DNA of 64,000 nt, from NCBI GenBank assembly GCA_034780895.1, contig JAUZTB010000135.1, positions 78,337,836 through 78,401,835 on the forward strand, read 5' to 3'. The number at the start of each line of letters is the position of its first letter. The stretch's first letter is position 1. The position numbers and the translations under genes are program-made. Of the stretch, positions 51,230-64,000 are shown piece by piece. This DNA is from Rhynchobatus australiae. Lineage: Eukaryota. The notes under the pieces are model-generated. The model saw nothing but the letters and a program-made list of their open reading frames with translations. It was not told the DNA's origin and ran no database searches.

Positions 51230-53729
51230 GGCAGGTTAACAAGTAGTTAAGAAAGCAAATGGCATTTTGGTCTTCGTTGCAAAGGGTTTAGAGTTTAAAA
51301 ATAGGAAGGTTTTGTTGCAATTGGACAGAGTGTTGGTGCAAGTACATCNNNNNNNNNNNNNNNNNNNNNNNNNNNNNNNNNNNNNNNNNNNNNNNNNNNN
51401 NNNNNNNNNNNNNNNNNNNNNNNNNNNNNNNNNNNNNNNNNNNNNNNNNNNNNNNNNNNNNNNNNNNNNNNNNNNNNNNNNNNNNNNNNNNNNNNNNNNN
51501 NNNNNNNNNNNNNNNNNNNNNNNNNNNNNNNNNNNNNNNNNNNNNNNNNNNNNNNNNNNNNNNNNNNNNNNNNNNNNNNNNNNNNNNNNNNNNNNNNNNN
51601 NNNNNNNNNNNNNNNNNNNNNNNNNNNNNNNNNNNNNNNNNNNNNNNNNNNNNNNNNNNNNNNNNNNNNNNNNNNNNNNNNNNNNNNNNNNNNNNNNNNN
51701 NNNNNNNNNNNNNNNNNNNNNNNNNNNNATGGATAAATATTTGATAGATTGAGTAATAGAGGGGGATAGCGAAATGGCACAGAAGAAGAGTTGAGGCCAG
51801 CATAGATCAGCTAAGATCATATTCCATGGTAGGGTAGTGAGCCTGAAGGCCTACTGCTCCTCCTATTTTCTTGTGTTCTTGTGAAATAGGGTCTCCTCCC
51901 AGCTGGTGTAAGGATGAGAAAATGGAAGAAAATCCAGGCCTTTATGTTGGCATGAAGTATCATGGTAAAGCTCCTTACTGTGGCTTGATGCCTCGTTAAT
52001 CTTATAAAATCTCTTCTCATTTACATGCGTGACATTTTTCATCTGTAGTATCTCCAGGCAAAACTTTCAATTTGCTTGTGTGAGACACTTGCGCTAGTTT
52101 TTGACCTACAAAGTTTCCATTTAAAGGAGAGAATATTTAGAAAAAGACCTCTGTTATCAAATAACTTCACCAGCAAAATCTATGTTTAGAAATTAAAATG
52201 GAAAAACTGATCAGGTTTCCATACCTTGATATTATGAGATTTACAGTCAAATAATGTGATTGACTAGTTTCTTCAGGAGGAAAAAATAATGAAATTCCCA
52301 CAATGCAGAGACACAATAATGGGGTTTAATTTTGTACCACTGAAGAGTGCTTTGCTTGGAAGTGGCAGTTTCGGAGTGTTATCCTGAGATTTAATAATAG
52401 AACTACTTACTAAGATATCTTCTTCCATTCCTTTTTGTTCTGACATTTTACAACTCAACCACCAGGAAAAATAAAGAGTTTTCAATGTTTTGGTAAAGAT
52501 TTCATAAATCTTTTCATAAATGTTGGAAGGAACTCAGTACTTCACAACCATCTCATCAGACACCTCCCTCCCCATCTGTGGTTCCCAGATCAGCTTTATC
52601 AATCTCCTCAGATGCCACAAAAGTGGAGTGGAAGCAAGTCATTGTAGATCCCAAGGGACTACCTAAATAATAGTAGCAGCAGTAGAAGAGCTGGACCTTG
52701 GTGACATGTCAAGCATAATCTTCACCATCATCACCATTATTAAGCTAGAAAGGCATCCATTACAATGCAACTATTGGTTTCCTTGCTGTAACCTTGCAAT
52801 CGCATTTAAAAATGGCAGTTCAATTTTGCACATACCACTGTTTCAATAAAGACTAAGGAAGAACATGTTAAGGGCAGCAGTAAACTTTAAAGTTAAGTGC
52901 AAACTGGATGACAATACCATAAAAGGGTTCTTCAATACCAAACATTCAAAGTAGTGGACAATGAATGAACAATAGATCAAAACAACTCTGTACTACTAGT
53001 CAAATATTTTGGATGTTAGCCAGGCCAGGAGAACCCTTGAAGACCCAGATTGTTGACTATTGTGATGCTCGACTTGGCCTCCTTCAAAAGTCACCACCAA
53101 TGCAGATACTTGATTCACTTACTCCACAACATATAACAAGCAAAAAAGTGCATTTGTTTAAAGTAGTTTGTTGTCATATACACCAGGGTGCAATGAAATT
53201 CCTTGTTCATATGAAGCTCACAGAGTAAACAGTATACAGGGTAATAATAAATGCAACAAAAATACAATGATGAGCCTAAAAATGATTTAAAAAAATATAA
53301 AAATAAACTACATCCTGATGATAGTGCTGAAAAACCTGTGTCCATAAGACTGCCTCGTTCCCAACCTCTGTGATAGTTGTTAAAGCCCCAGAGTATTACT
53401 ACAACAATTTTTCATGGTAGTGTCCTCTACCTAATTATTGGTAACAAACTATACATTGCATTCACATAGCATCTTTAACATAGAAAAACATCCCAAAATG
53501 CTTTACAGGAGCATTAATCTACACAAGTTGACATCAAGCCACAAAAGGAAATTTTAAGATGTGTCCAAAAATTTGATGAATTAAGTAGATTTCAAGGGCT
53601 TAAAGGGGAATTAGTTCTGAAGAGGGAATTTCAGAAGTTAGGGTTTAGACATATTAAGATTTTTCTAAAAAGCAGTCTCCTTGATTTGCACCCTTTCCAA
53701 TATCAATGTGCTGATTCTGCCCTTTGCAC

Positions 53730-54090
53730 CCTCTACAAGATACACTGCAGCAATTTGTTAAGGCTCCTTTCATCTAGCTAGCATTCTTACCCACCTAGAA
53801 TGGGAGCGGCACCCAGGAACAAGGGAAAACCACTTTCTCTCAAACTCCTCCACCCATCTCTTACCACAAGTTACACAACATCCTGACTTGGACATATGTT
53901 GCAATTCTTTGTTGCTGCACCACAGCTCTGGAACACTCTTAACAATATGTGGTAGTGCCTGCATGACACTGACTACAATGATTTAGAAAGGAGAACCTGT
54001 TCCCCTCCCCCCACCAACCAACTCAATAACTTCTCAAGATGGAGAATAAGGCTAGTCTTGCCAGCAATTCCCATGTTTCAAGGAATGAAA
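53730..54090 (+). mobile_element. CR1-group LINE 3' end remnant
   Basis: ctacaagatacactgcagcaa...catcctgacttggacatatgttgc; homologous to 61190-61420. Confidence 0.65.
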
Positions 54091-56334
54091 AAATATTACC
54101 CCTATGACAGAACTGTATTCACTGCTCCAACACAACACATTGTAATACAGTCTGCTGGACACACTACAACAACTCACCAAGGTGAGCGCTATCACAAAGA
54201 AGAGCATGAGAATGTCATCATCTGTACATTTCTTTCATGCACTATTCCAATTTAAAATACATAACATGATTGTGCAATCATGATTAGATCAGAATCATTG
54301 AGTTCCTGCAATACAAGCAGTTAAGCTTCAAGTATACTTCATGGTATGTAAAGATTTTTGGGTGTTATGTAAGGGCAAGCCCTTTCTTTTATTCCCAGCC
54401 CAGCAGTTTGAGAAGTTCCAGTACAACGTTTTCAATGGAAGTGCTGATGGATGATAAAGCAACCTTGTGCATATTACTCACATTCCAGGAGCTCACAAAA
54501 AAAACCTGACTGTTGACAGCAGAACTTGTAAAATAAACAAAATAGGTTGGGAGCATTCATATCCTAAAGTGAATATCAGTTGACCACTCACATCGCAGTG
54601 GATCTTGCGTTTTCTATATTCTGCATCATCTACCAATAATCCTAATTGTTAAAATGATAACCATCAAATTTAAATGTATTCATATGTTTACTCACTTATG
54701 TTTGCAATCTATTCTTTTATGTATGTTATCCTCCTTTATGTTGGCATTTACTAATGTACAAAGATAAATGTATTTTTTTAATTAAATTGAGAAGAGCTGT
54801 AATGGCAGCTGAGTTAAAGTATTTTCTTTAATCTTGCACAAACAGCAAAATATCCTTCACCCTGCCCATGCTTCAGTCTGTAGCTCCCATAAATTCCTGC
54901 ATGGAAATGTTTAGCGAAGTAGTAGGGAAAAGTTATTCCAGGAGGTTTTGTTTCAACTTCACAAAACATATGCAGTTGACTTATTTTTGAAATTAAAGAT
55001 CCCTTTCAACATGAAAGGGAGACAGACACAGCTCGCACAAAAATGACGCCAGCAAATTACTTTGTGGAAGCACAAATGTTTTGAAACTGGAGCTGGAAAA
55101 TACCACCCGGTACTTACCTTAGATCATCTCCTTAAATTATGTTTCTTTTAATGGTTTTATATTCATAATTATTTGACAATATTCGTACTCACAGAATTGC
55201 TCCATCCCTCCCATTTTGCACTGTAAATTAGTTATTGTGGTTAATGTTACTTCAAGATTTGCAGTGTCGCATTGGTGGGAACTACCTGTCGGGTTGATTT
55301 TGATTTTCTTTCCGTTAATTCTCTTTCGTCACCTCAGAATATTTGTTCTTTAAGTGGCATGTCTACTCCACTGTTTGCTGAACAAAATACTGTCGGTATA
55401 AATCCACGGGGATTTGGAGTCTGGTTCTGGAAATTTCATTGACAATTTACTGTCCTTAAAATATGTGAGAGAGAAAGTACTGATCCTTTCTAATTACAAT
55501 CCTCACTGGAGAAGCTACCAATGTTTGTGCTGCCCACCACATTGAATTGATACAGTATTTAATCCTGGAATTTTCTGATGGCAGTCAGTCATACACAGAG
55601 GAGGTTGCCTATTTTTTTCATTTTGTGCTCTTTATATGGTATAATTAATCATATTTAAACAGTTTAAAATGTAGTTTTAAGGAGAATTACTCCATGCCCT
55701 GAATGCGGTTTAGTATGTTACAAAATGTTTATTTTGTGAGAGTATTCACAACAATTTTTAAAGCTCCAGAAATAAATATTAATTTAATGTAACTGCTTCT
55801 GGCTGTAATGTTAGTACTTTCTTCAATGAGCCCAGGAATTCAGTTGGTATAATTGTCCAAGTTAATAATCTTGCTCTGGATATTGTCAGATTGTGTAGAC
55901 TTGTGGAAAAGAAGTTAATACAAATAAAATGCATTATGGAATCACAAGTATTTTAAAAATGTATCGTATAAAATGCCTCTCTGAACTTCCCACAAATCTC
56001 CCCATAAATGTCACTGCATGTTTTGAAGAACTACTATTCTAAATATTTCCAATCCTGACAACTTAACTAGCCAAAGAATTGAGCACAGTTCATATAAAGT
56101 GATTCAGGAAAGAGGCATAAACAGTTATGGCCCAGTTATATTATGTTAGATTATGTATAGTGTTCCTTTGTTAAAATAATACAAAGTGATAGTCTGTTGG
56201 TTAGTTTCATTTATCCTGGCTGTTTGAAAGGTTTCTGAAATGTACATCAAAACTAACTGAATTTATGTGCCATTAGCAGAGCTACAGGATCAATCATGAA
56301 GCTGTTTGGTTTCTGTTTGTACTGTAACTAAAGG

Positions 56335-56710
56335 AAGAAAGAATGTACATTAAATAACATCTTTCTTGGCCTCAGGATGTTCCCAAATATTATGCAGCTA
56401 ATGAAGCATAGTCAGTGTTGTAAGGTAGATAAATGTAATGAATAGTTTGTGCACAGTAAAATGCCATTTACAGCAATGACGTGACTGAACAGAGGTTCAG
56501 GAATGTGTGACGTTCAGGCCACCCAGTCATCCTCCCTTCCTCACCTTTGAATACTTCCATGGACCCTTTTCAACCATCTGAAAGAGCAACAAGACCTCAG
56601 TTTAATATTCCATCTGAAAAAATCACCTCCGTCAGTGCAGCATTCCCTGAACTCTACAGTGTATTTGGAAGAACTTCAGTGACAAGAGTTCAACTTTTAA
56701 GTTGAAGCTG
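56335..56710 (-). mobile_element. DeuSINE (SacSINE1-like) remnant
   Basis: cctcaggatgttcccaaa, tttgtgcacag, cctcagtttaat..catctgaaa and cctccgtcagtgcagcattccct motifs in the expected order. Shorter 3' remnants at about 43150-43250 and 61925-62105. Confidence 0.6.
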
Positions 56711-56783
56711 GAATAAAATAACTTTCATATTTGAACTCATCAAACAAATTGGTAAATTATATTTGTAAATTGGTAAATTTATT

Positions 56784-57399
56784 GAGGTTGAGAGGGTTGA
56801 GAGCTTCAAGTTCATAGGAGTGAACATCACCAATAGCCTGTCCTGGTCCAACTACATAGATGCCACACCAAGAAAGCTCACCAGCACCTCTAATTCCTCA
56901 GGAGGCTAAAGAAATTTGGTATGTCCCCTTTGACCCTCACCAATTTTTATTGATGCACCATAGAAAGTATCCTATCCAGATGCTTCATGGCTTGGTATGG
57001 CAACTACTCTGCCCGTGACTGCAAGAAACTGCAGAAAGTTGTGGACACAGCTCAGCACATCACAAAACCAGCCTCCCTTCCATGGACTCTGTCTACACCT
57101 CGCTGCCTCACAAGCAGCCAACATAATCAAAGACTCCAACCACCCTAGATATTCTCTCTTCTCACCCCTCTCATCAGATACAAAAGTCTGAAAACACGTA
57201 CCACCAGGCTCAAGGACAGCTTCTGTCCCGCTGTTATAGGACTATTGAATGGTACCCTAGTACAATAAGATGGACTCTAGACCTCACTATCTACCTTGTT
57301 ATGACCTTGCGCCTTATTGTCTACATGCACTGCACTTTCTCTGTAGCTGTATCACTTTATTCTGCATTCTGTTATTGTTTTCCCTTGTAGTACCCAATG
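56784..57399 (+). mobile_element. Rex1/Babar-type LINE, 5'-truncated
   Basis: Translation VERVESFKFIGVNITNSLSWS and, after a frameshift, FLRRLKKFGMSPLTLTNFY.CTIESIL; runs into the N gap. Confidence 0.85.
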
Positions 57400-60300
57400 N
57401 NNNNNNNNNNNNNNNNNNNNNNNNNNNNNNNNNNNNNNNNNNNNNNNNNNNNNNNNNNNNNNNNNNNNNNNNNNNNNNNNNNNNNNNNNNNNNNNNNNNN
57501 NNNNNNNNNNNNNNNNNNNNNNNNNNNNNNNNNNNNNNNNNNNNNNNNNNNNNNNNNNNNTAATTTCAGTATTTTTCACTAAATTGTAAATTTGGTCTAA
57601 AGAGAATCAATAGCTTGAAAAGCTACATAGGGAATTTGCTGAGTTTTGAACAGCTTGAGATAATATCCAACCTCTCCATTGCAATAAATTGAACCTGCAT
57701 TATCAATAATAGCTTTACCTGGAAAGTATAATGCAGGAACATGCATTTCTGTTAAATTGGTTTACACTCCTGTTTATGCTCTACCCAAGTCTTTTCCCAA
57801 TCTGCTTACCTCTTTTACTAACCCATTATTCCCTTTCCCTTCACGTGAGTCTTCCTTTTTAAAGCATATGTAAAATTGGTTTTGAACAATAATTGTTACT
57901 TTAAGGTTGTCACCCCTTTAAGGAATGTTTCATGTGACTAATTGCTCCCTGGGCTGTAACAGTGTGAATAGAAGTTTACAGAGGCGGTTTGTGGAGATGG
58001 TTAATAAACTATGCAGACCTGGTTTGATACCTTTTGTATCTCATGTATTTCAGTCTGTACAGTTTTCAATGGACTTTGTTGGTGGTTAAGATCTCACTGA
58101 GCATACATACTTATACATTTAATAAGGGCGCGTTAGATGGCCAGCAGAGCATTTGTAGGTTCATGACAAACTTTCACACAACTTGTTTCATTACATCAGT
58201 TTGCACTTAGTTATATGATTTCGCAATGCACTGCTAATACCTACTCTCAAATAACTGAAGTTTTGTGATTTCTGAAGGAACAGACTTGTTTCCAACAAGG
58301 TGTCTCAACTTTCCAAAGATTTTCCAAAGGCTTAATCTGTAAATGCATTACACTATATGAGAATGAAAGTCTAGGATTAACTGTCAGAAACTGTGCTGAA
58401 GGGCAGCAATATTGCTGAACACTTCTGGGTCTCAGGTGAAGGATCACCAAGGGCTTTTACTCCTGATTGCTATCCGTTCCATCCTGCTGGGTCGGTGGCT
58501 GCCAGGTGAAGGTGAGGCTTGGGGATCCTCTGCATGATGGAGCAGCTTGTCAACTGAGGTTCGCGGGTGAAGGATAGGCACTTGTACTGGAAGCAACTGC
58601 TGTGAACCATACTCCAGCAAATGTCCCCAGGGCAGAACAGGAGAAAGAGTAGGTGTGGGGAATTGGTAGTAGGGCGTACAATTGCAATGCAGCATATTTC
58701 ATTTTTGTCATTAGTACTTGCCATTACTACAATTCTCACAAAAACTTAGAATGTCAATAGAGGTGAATGCTATTTTGAATACTTACCGATATTTCCCAGA
58801 GATTGTTTTAAGACACAGTATATTGTGAGGAATGTTCAATAATGTTAGTTTTCCTGCCTACTTAGTCTGGAGACTGTGTATATTATTTTAACAGAAAAGA
58901 GGACTTACAGTGGATTTGTAGTGATTTGCACTAAGGCAACCTCAAGGGACATTGATGGAAAAAGGTGTTTAACCTCATTCATCTTAATTATATTCTTTAT
59001 CTTAATATGCCATTTCACATTTCACAATGCAGGTTCCTGATAGAAAGTAATTACAGGATTTGAAAATTGGAAATTAATGAGGAATAAGAATTTAAACATA
59101 TAATTAATCTATTAAGGAAGATTCTGTTTCCAATAACAAGGCAAGTTTTCTATCACAATTGTAGATGTCTTTTCCAGTGATTTTGAAACACGACTTTTAT
59201 GGAGTCATAACTGGCTCTGATTCGTCCACAACAAAGAAGCTGCCTCCTTTGCTGAATCATATCAAATGAAGTTTAATAGATACCCTACTTTAAGTAATCC
59301 TTTCATTTCTTGAATTTACTCATTTGTCATTTCTTGCTGCATAGGGATTAAGTCTCTGGTCTGAAATTTACGCTGCCAGAAATAAGCTGAGATAGGTCTT
59401 CCACCTGCTGTTGAGTTGTGAGGGTGACCCATATTTTGTGGGTTCAGAATTGAGGAAGTAACAAGATGGCATCCCTTGAGTGGTTCAGTGAACTGGAAAG
59501 TAGCTGGAGAAGAGTTGCACCACCGAGAGATAAAACTGCCTTCTCCTTGAATCATAATTGTGATATAGATCTTAATGATAAGCTATTTGAGAAAGGTCCA
59601 GCAAGCTGGCAACCAGGTGGAAAGCACATCCTGGTAGGAGGTGGTTATGACATCTCCATGAACTCCATGATTCCTTAATGGTGCAGTTTAACAGTGAATG
59701 AAAATTTTAAAAATCGCAGATGCTGGAAATCTGAAATAAAAACAGAAAATGTTGTAAAGGCTCAGCAGGCCAGGCATCTTCTTTGCAAAGAGAAACAGTT
59801 AATGTTTCAGGTGCTGAACCCTTTGTCAGAACAGGGAAAGAAAGAAAAACAAGTTAGTTTTCAGTAGCCGAGAAAGTGATGGAGAGATGGGTAGAACAAA
59901 GGGAATATCTCTGACATGGTGAGAACAGGCAAAATCTGCTTCCCCAAACCCTTGTAGTCATTTTTTTGTGTGTGGCATCTGTTATCTTCAGAATGCCAGG
60001 AGAATTAGTTGTGAAATTGAGACCTGACAATGGGAGGGGGAGGATAACAGCAGTCAGCTTGTGGCTCCTGATCCCTTGGACTCAGATCTTTGAGGTTCTT
60101 ATAGTTAAAGATGTATGTTGGATCCAAGTTACCGGGATCATTTAAGATAACCTTGGAAAATTTGAGGCAGTCGGTAAGGTTCATAGCAGAGTCGATATCA
60201 ATTTTCAAATATTCAACACAATGTAATACTATCTGAAGAGTATGGTAGTACCAGAAATAACTGCACCTGTTCTCAGAAAGACAGATCGCCAGTTAATGTT

Positions 60301-60699
60301 CATGCTTTGACCATTGGCGTTGACACTTCAGGATCTTTTCAAGAAAGTTTTGAATCTGTTTCAAAGAGCCTCAAGACATCAGGATCTAACCATTACCACC
60401 AGGTCTCCCTCTGCTGATCAGTGGATGCATCACCTTTTCTGGGTGGCCCAGTCATTGGTTTCTTGTGAGATAGCAAATGTCTGAAATAGAAAAAAAAATT
60501 ATACTGATACAATGAACACCAAAGCAGAGGCAGTTCAACTCTGCATCTAACACTAGATCTACTTCACCTGCATTGTGAACTTTCAAGAGTATAAAGTACT
60601 GAGCTGGTGCATCTTAGTTTCCTCCTGAGATCTCCAACACCACAGAAACCAGTCAATCTGATTCACTTCATATACTAAAGAGCTTCTGAGAGCACTGGA

Positions 60700-61430
60700 A
60701 ACAACAGGTGCTGGGGGACCAGAATATCCTAGCTATAGTACTGAAGACTTGTGCTTTCCAGCCACATATCTAGACAAACTGTTCCAATTCACTTAAAACC
60801 CTGGCATCAACTAAACAGTGTGGAAAGTTGCCAAGTACATCTTGTCCACATAAAAGACAAATCCAATCCAGTTATTAGTGCTCAGACTACTCTTAATTGA
60901 AGTGATGGATGGTGTTGTTGACAGTGCGACCAAGCAGCACTGATCTGCCAATAGCCTGCTCACCAATGGCAGCTGAAGTTTCATTAGGACCACCCAGCTT
61001 CAAACCTGACCAAAATCTTGGTGCATGCATTGACCAAAGAGCAGAATTCTAGAGGCAAAGTAATTGCCCTTATATCAAGACAACATTTGATTGAGGGTCA
61101 CATCAAGGAACCCTGGTAAAACTGAATTTAATAGGCAAAAAGGATGAAACACTCCAAACTCTTGACCTCTGTCAGCAAGGACAACAGCAGCAAGTGGAAG
61201 GAACCACAATCACCTGCAGGTTCCATCCAACCCACACACCATCTTGATTTGGAAATATACTGTTGTTCCTTCATAGTCACTAGATCCAAATTGTGGCACT
61301 CCCTATTTAACTTTTCAAGCACTGCAGTAGTTCAAGACTGATGACTACCACTTCCTCAAGGGCATTTAGGAATGGGAAATAAAAATTGGCCTTGCTAATA
61401 ATAGCCAAATCCTGAAAAGAATGTAATAAA
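60700..61430 (+). mobile_element. Internally deleted CR1-group LINE (RT fragment joined to 3' end)
   Basis: gtggaaagttgccaagtacatcttgtccacataaaagacaaatccaatccag (WK.A...VH.KDKSNP) followed by a 3' end caccacttcctcaagggcatttaggaatggg. Confidence 0.7.
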
Positions 61431-61554
61431 AATAAAAGAATGGAAAAAAAGATGAAATATTTAGTGCTCTTCTGACAATGGTTCCAGTCTTCACACAAGA
61501 CAATCAAGAGATGGTCAGCTCTTTCAGATGGATTCTATGTATGTGGGAGGTGAA

Positions 61555-61650
61555 GTAGAGAGGGGGATAGATTGAATGGGTATAAGGCTTATATAGGTGG
61601 GCACAACATCGTGGGCTGAAGGGCCCATACAGTGCTGTACTGTTCTATGT
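61555..61650 (+). mobile_element. CR1/HE1-type 3' tail; a second lies at about 62325-62387
   Basis: ggcacaacatcgtgggctgaagggccc...gtgctgtactgttctatgt. Confidence 0.75.
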
Positions 61651-64000
61651 AAACATTAACACTAGCTGAAGTGAACTCTCCTGTCCTAGACAGCATTCCA
61701 CTTACTGAAACAGATTAACTACCATCCATCTCAGGACAGTTAACAAGGCCTTGGATTATGCAACTTCACTGAATACTTTTCCACTTGACATTTCAAAGCA
61801 ACTCATTGTGCAAATAGAACTTTTTGGAAGGAAAAGTCATTGCCTGTACATTGAAAGATTTTTCTTTTAAATAAAAGGGATATCCTTGGATTTACACCCC
61901 ACAGCAGCTATTTACAAAAGGGTTTACATTGATGTATACAGCACCTATCACATTCACACTCTTAAACCTTGCAATCAGTTAAGCACTTCTGAAATCTAGT
62001 AACTGTTGTGATAAAGGAAATACAAAAGTCACTTGTACAAATCCAACTCATATTAACAGAAATTAGATCATTACTAAACAGTCTGCTTAGTGTTGTTGGT
62101 TTAACAATTACTCCAGGAGGTTTATCAGGTTTAATTAGCTAGTAATCGCATACCCTACCGATGAAGGAGATAAAATATGTACTCACTTAATTCACTCTGG
62201 GAATTCAGATTAATTCTAAATTACACTTCATATGGATAAATTAGAATACATTTATTAATTGTATATTTTAGCACTTTCTGCATCACAGACAAATCATCAT
62301 AAATTAAGGCCTCATAGCATCTTTAGCTGGCATAGACATAATGGGCTGAATGGCCTTGTCCTGTGCTGTAGACTTCTATGACTCTATTCAATTATATAAA
62401 TACAATTAATTTACCATTACTAGGTTTTGCTTGGTGGCAGTTTTCATCTACCCATCAATTACAGTTCCTTCAGTGGACAAATTAAATTAATATTCTCAAT
62501 TTTAATGTTTTGATAAAGGTTACTAATTCAAAATTAAGATGATAAAAATAAAGTAAGAAAAATGTCACTGGAAAGGCAATACATTTTAAAAACTATAATT
62601 TACATTATCCTGGTATGGATTTAACATGGGGATTCCTGACATTAGCTGGAAAATTAGCACTTGTTTTTCAGTGTGAAATGAAAACCTTGTTCTTAAATAA
62701 AAGGCAGGCAGGCTTTGGGAGATTAGAAACTCCCTCAGGGAAGAGGGGAAATTACTTCTAGTAACTTATTTAAAGATTATCAATGCCATTTTGTTTTACT
62801 TACAATGCCATCTNNNNNNNNNNNNNNNNNNNNNNNNNNNNNNNNNNNNNNNNNNNNNNNNNNNNNNNNNNNNNNNNNNNNNNNNNNNNNNNNNNNNNNN
62901 NNNNNNNNNNNNNGGCCCAGTCATTGGTTTCTTGTCACAACTAATCTATCATTTTTCAGGAGCTTAATGGCTGACTCTGAAGTAATGGCACAGTAATTGT
63001 TCCCACCTCAGCAAGTTATATCATCACTAGAATTATCTCCAAGAATGGCAAAGTCTCATAATCTACAATGAGCATGTAGGTAATCCATGCTGAAGAAATA
63101 TTTTTAAATAGCATCTTAAGGTCATATTATATAAGCATAAACAATGATTAATTAATCTACCAACCCTTAGGATGAGACTGGAGAATCCAGAGGAAAACTA
63201 TGTAGTCACAAATTCCTAACCTACCTATATGTATGTTAGTGTAATTACAATACATATACCAGATTAATTCTGGTGTTATTTTTAGAGTGGTCCTAGTAGG
63301 AAATTATTTTGTCCACTTGCAAAGCTCCTTAAGCAAAATGCAGCTCTGTGTATGTACTTTTCAGTCTTATATTCTGGGTATGTGTAGTTTAATGGGCATC
63401 CCTGTTTACATCCAAGTAAAGACGCTCTGTGTATGGAGGTTCAATAGCAGGCTCTGTTCATTTGTACTGTCTGTGCACTTCAATGCACATTTGACTGTGC
63501 TTCCTGATTCAAGGTTATTTTAATTACTGATTTCATATATGCAGAATCTAAGATCCAGCTTTCTTCATATTTATTTTCCTGCATTACTAAAACAGTTAAG
63601 TTCCAGTTATACTGTTCATTTTGTTTTGCTTTGTTATAAATGCAGTTCACACTAGTGAGTGGTCAATATAATGATTCCAAAAAACTTCAAGCTGTTTTAT
63701 GAGTTATGGAGGAAGTGGAATGTAATCAGAACAGGATTAGGATACCACAAAAACTATGGGCTGAAATAACATTTAATGTTACGCAAAAGTTTCTGAATTC
63801 TCATGTGATTCACCTGTTAAGAATGTCATATACCACATGTGCTAAGAGGCCAGTGTTGCTTTAATCAGAAATCTAATATTTTGTAGCAGAAAACAAACTG
63901 CTGGAGAAGCTGCACCAGGGTCTTGACCTGAAATGTCGTCTATCCCTCAGTCTCCACAGATGCTGTCTGACGCACTGAGTTCCTTCACCAGTTTGGTTTT

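Larger units (their letters stand above)
48570..51880 (+). mobile_element. CR1 LINE ORF2 pseudogene (RT domain to 3' tail), split by a 1.6 kb insertion at 49602-51229
   Basis: Remnants of WKTANVTPFFKK, LDFQRAFDK, STFANDTKIGG and KCEVMHFGKRN; resumes at 51230 with QVVKKANGIL; ends cctactgctcctcctattttcttgtgttctt. Confidence 0.9.

Noticed and set aside
51236-51820. Long ORFs in the track that span N runs (also near 28704-29114, 50646-51164 and 57270-57582)
   Set aside because: Length is an artefact of Ns hiding stop codons.

Overview
AT-rich, CpG-depleted vertebrate genomic DNA from a gapped assembly with many N runs. The repeat complement (CR1-type LINE 3' ends, V-SINE/HE1-like and DeuSINE-like SINEs, Rex1/Babar LINEs, abundant Penelope-like termini) points to a cartilaginous fish, probably a ray or shark (inference). 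The only protein-coding gene I can support is a complete, intronless SPICE1 ORF (ATG 32005 to TAA 34446, 813 aa, + strand). It has its own CpG-island promoter (E2F, ETS-CRE, GC-box and NRF1-like motifs) and AATAAA signals downstream. SPICE1 is multi-exon in mammals, so this looks like an old, functional retrogene. The rest is mostly decayed retroelements, several nested. One is a Penelope-bracketed 1.6 kb insert that splits a CR1 LINE and may carry transduced host DNA. Two candidate minus-strand first exons hint at an unidentified host gene. All family assignments come from recognition of motifs, not database searches, and repeat boundaries are approximate.
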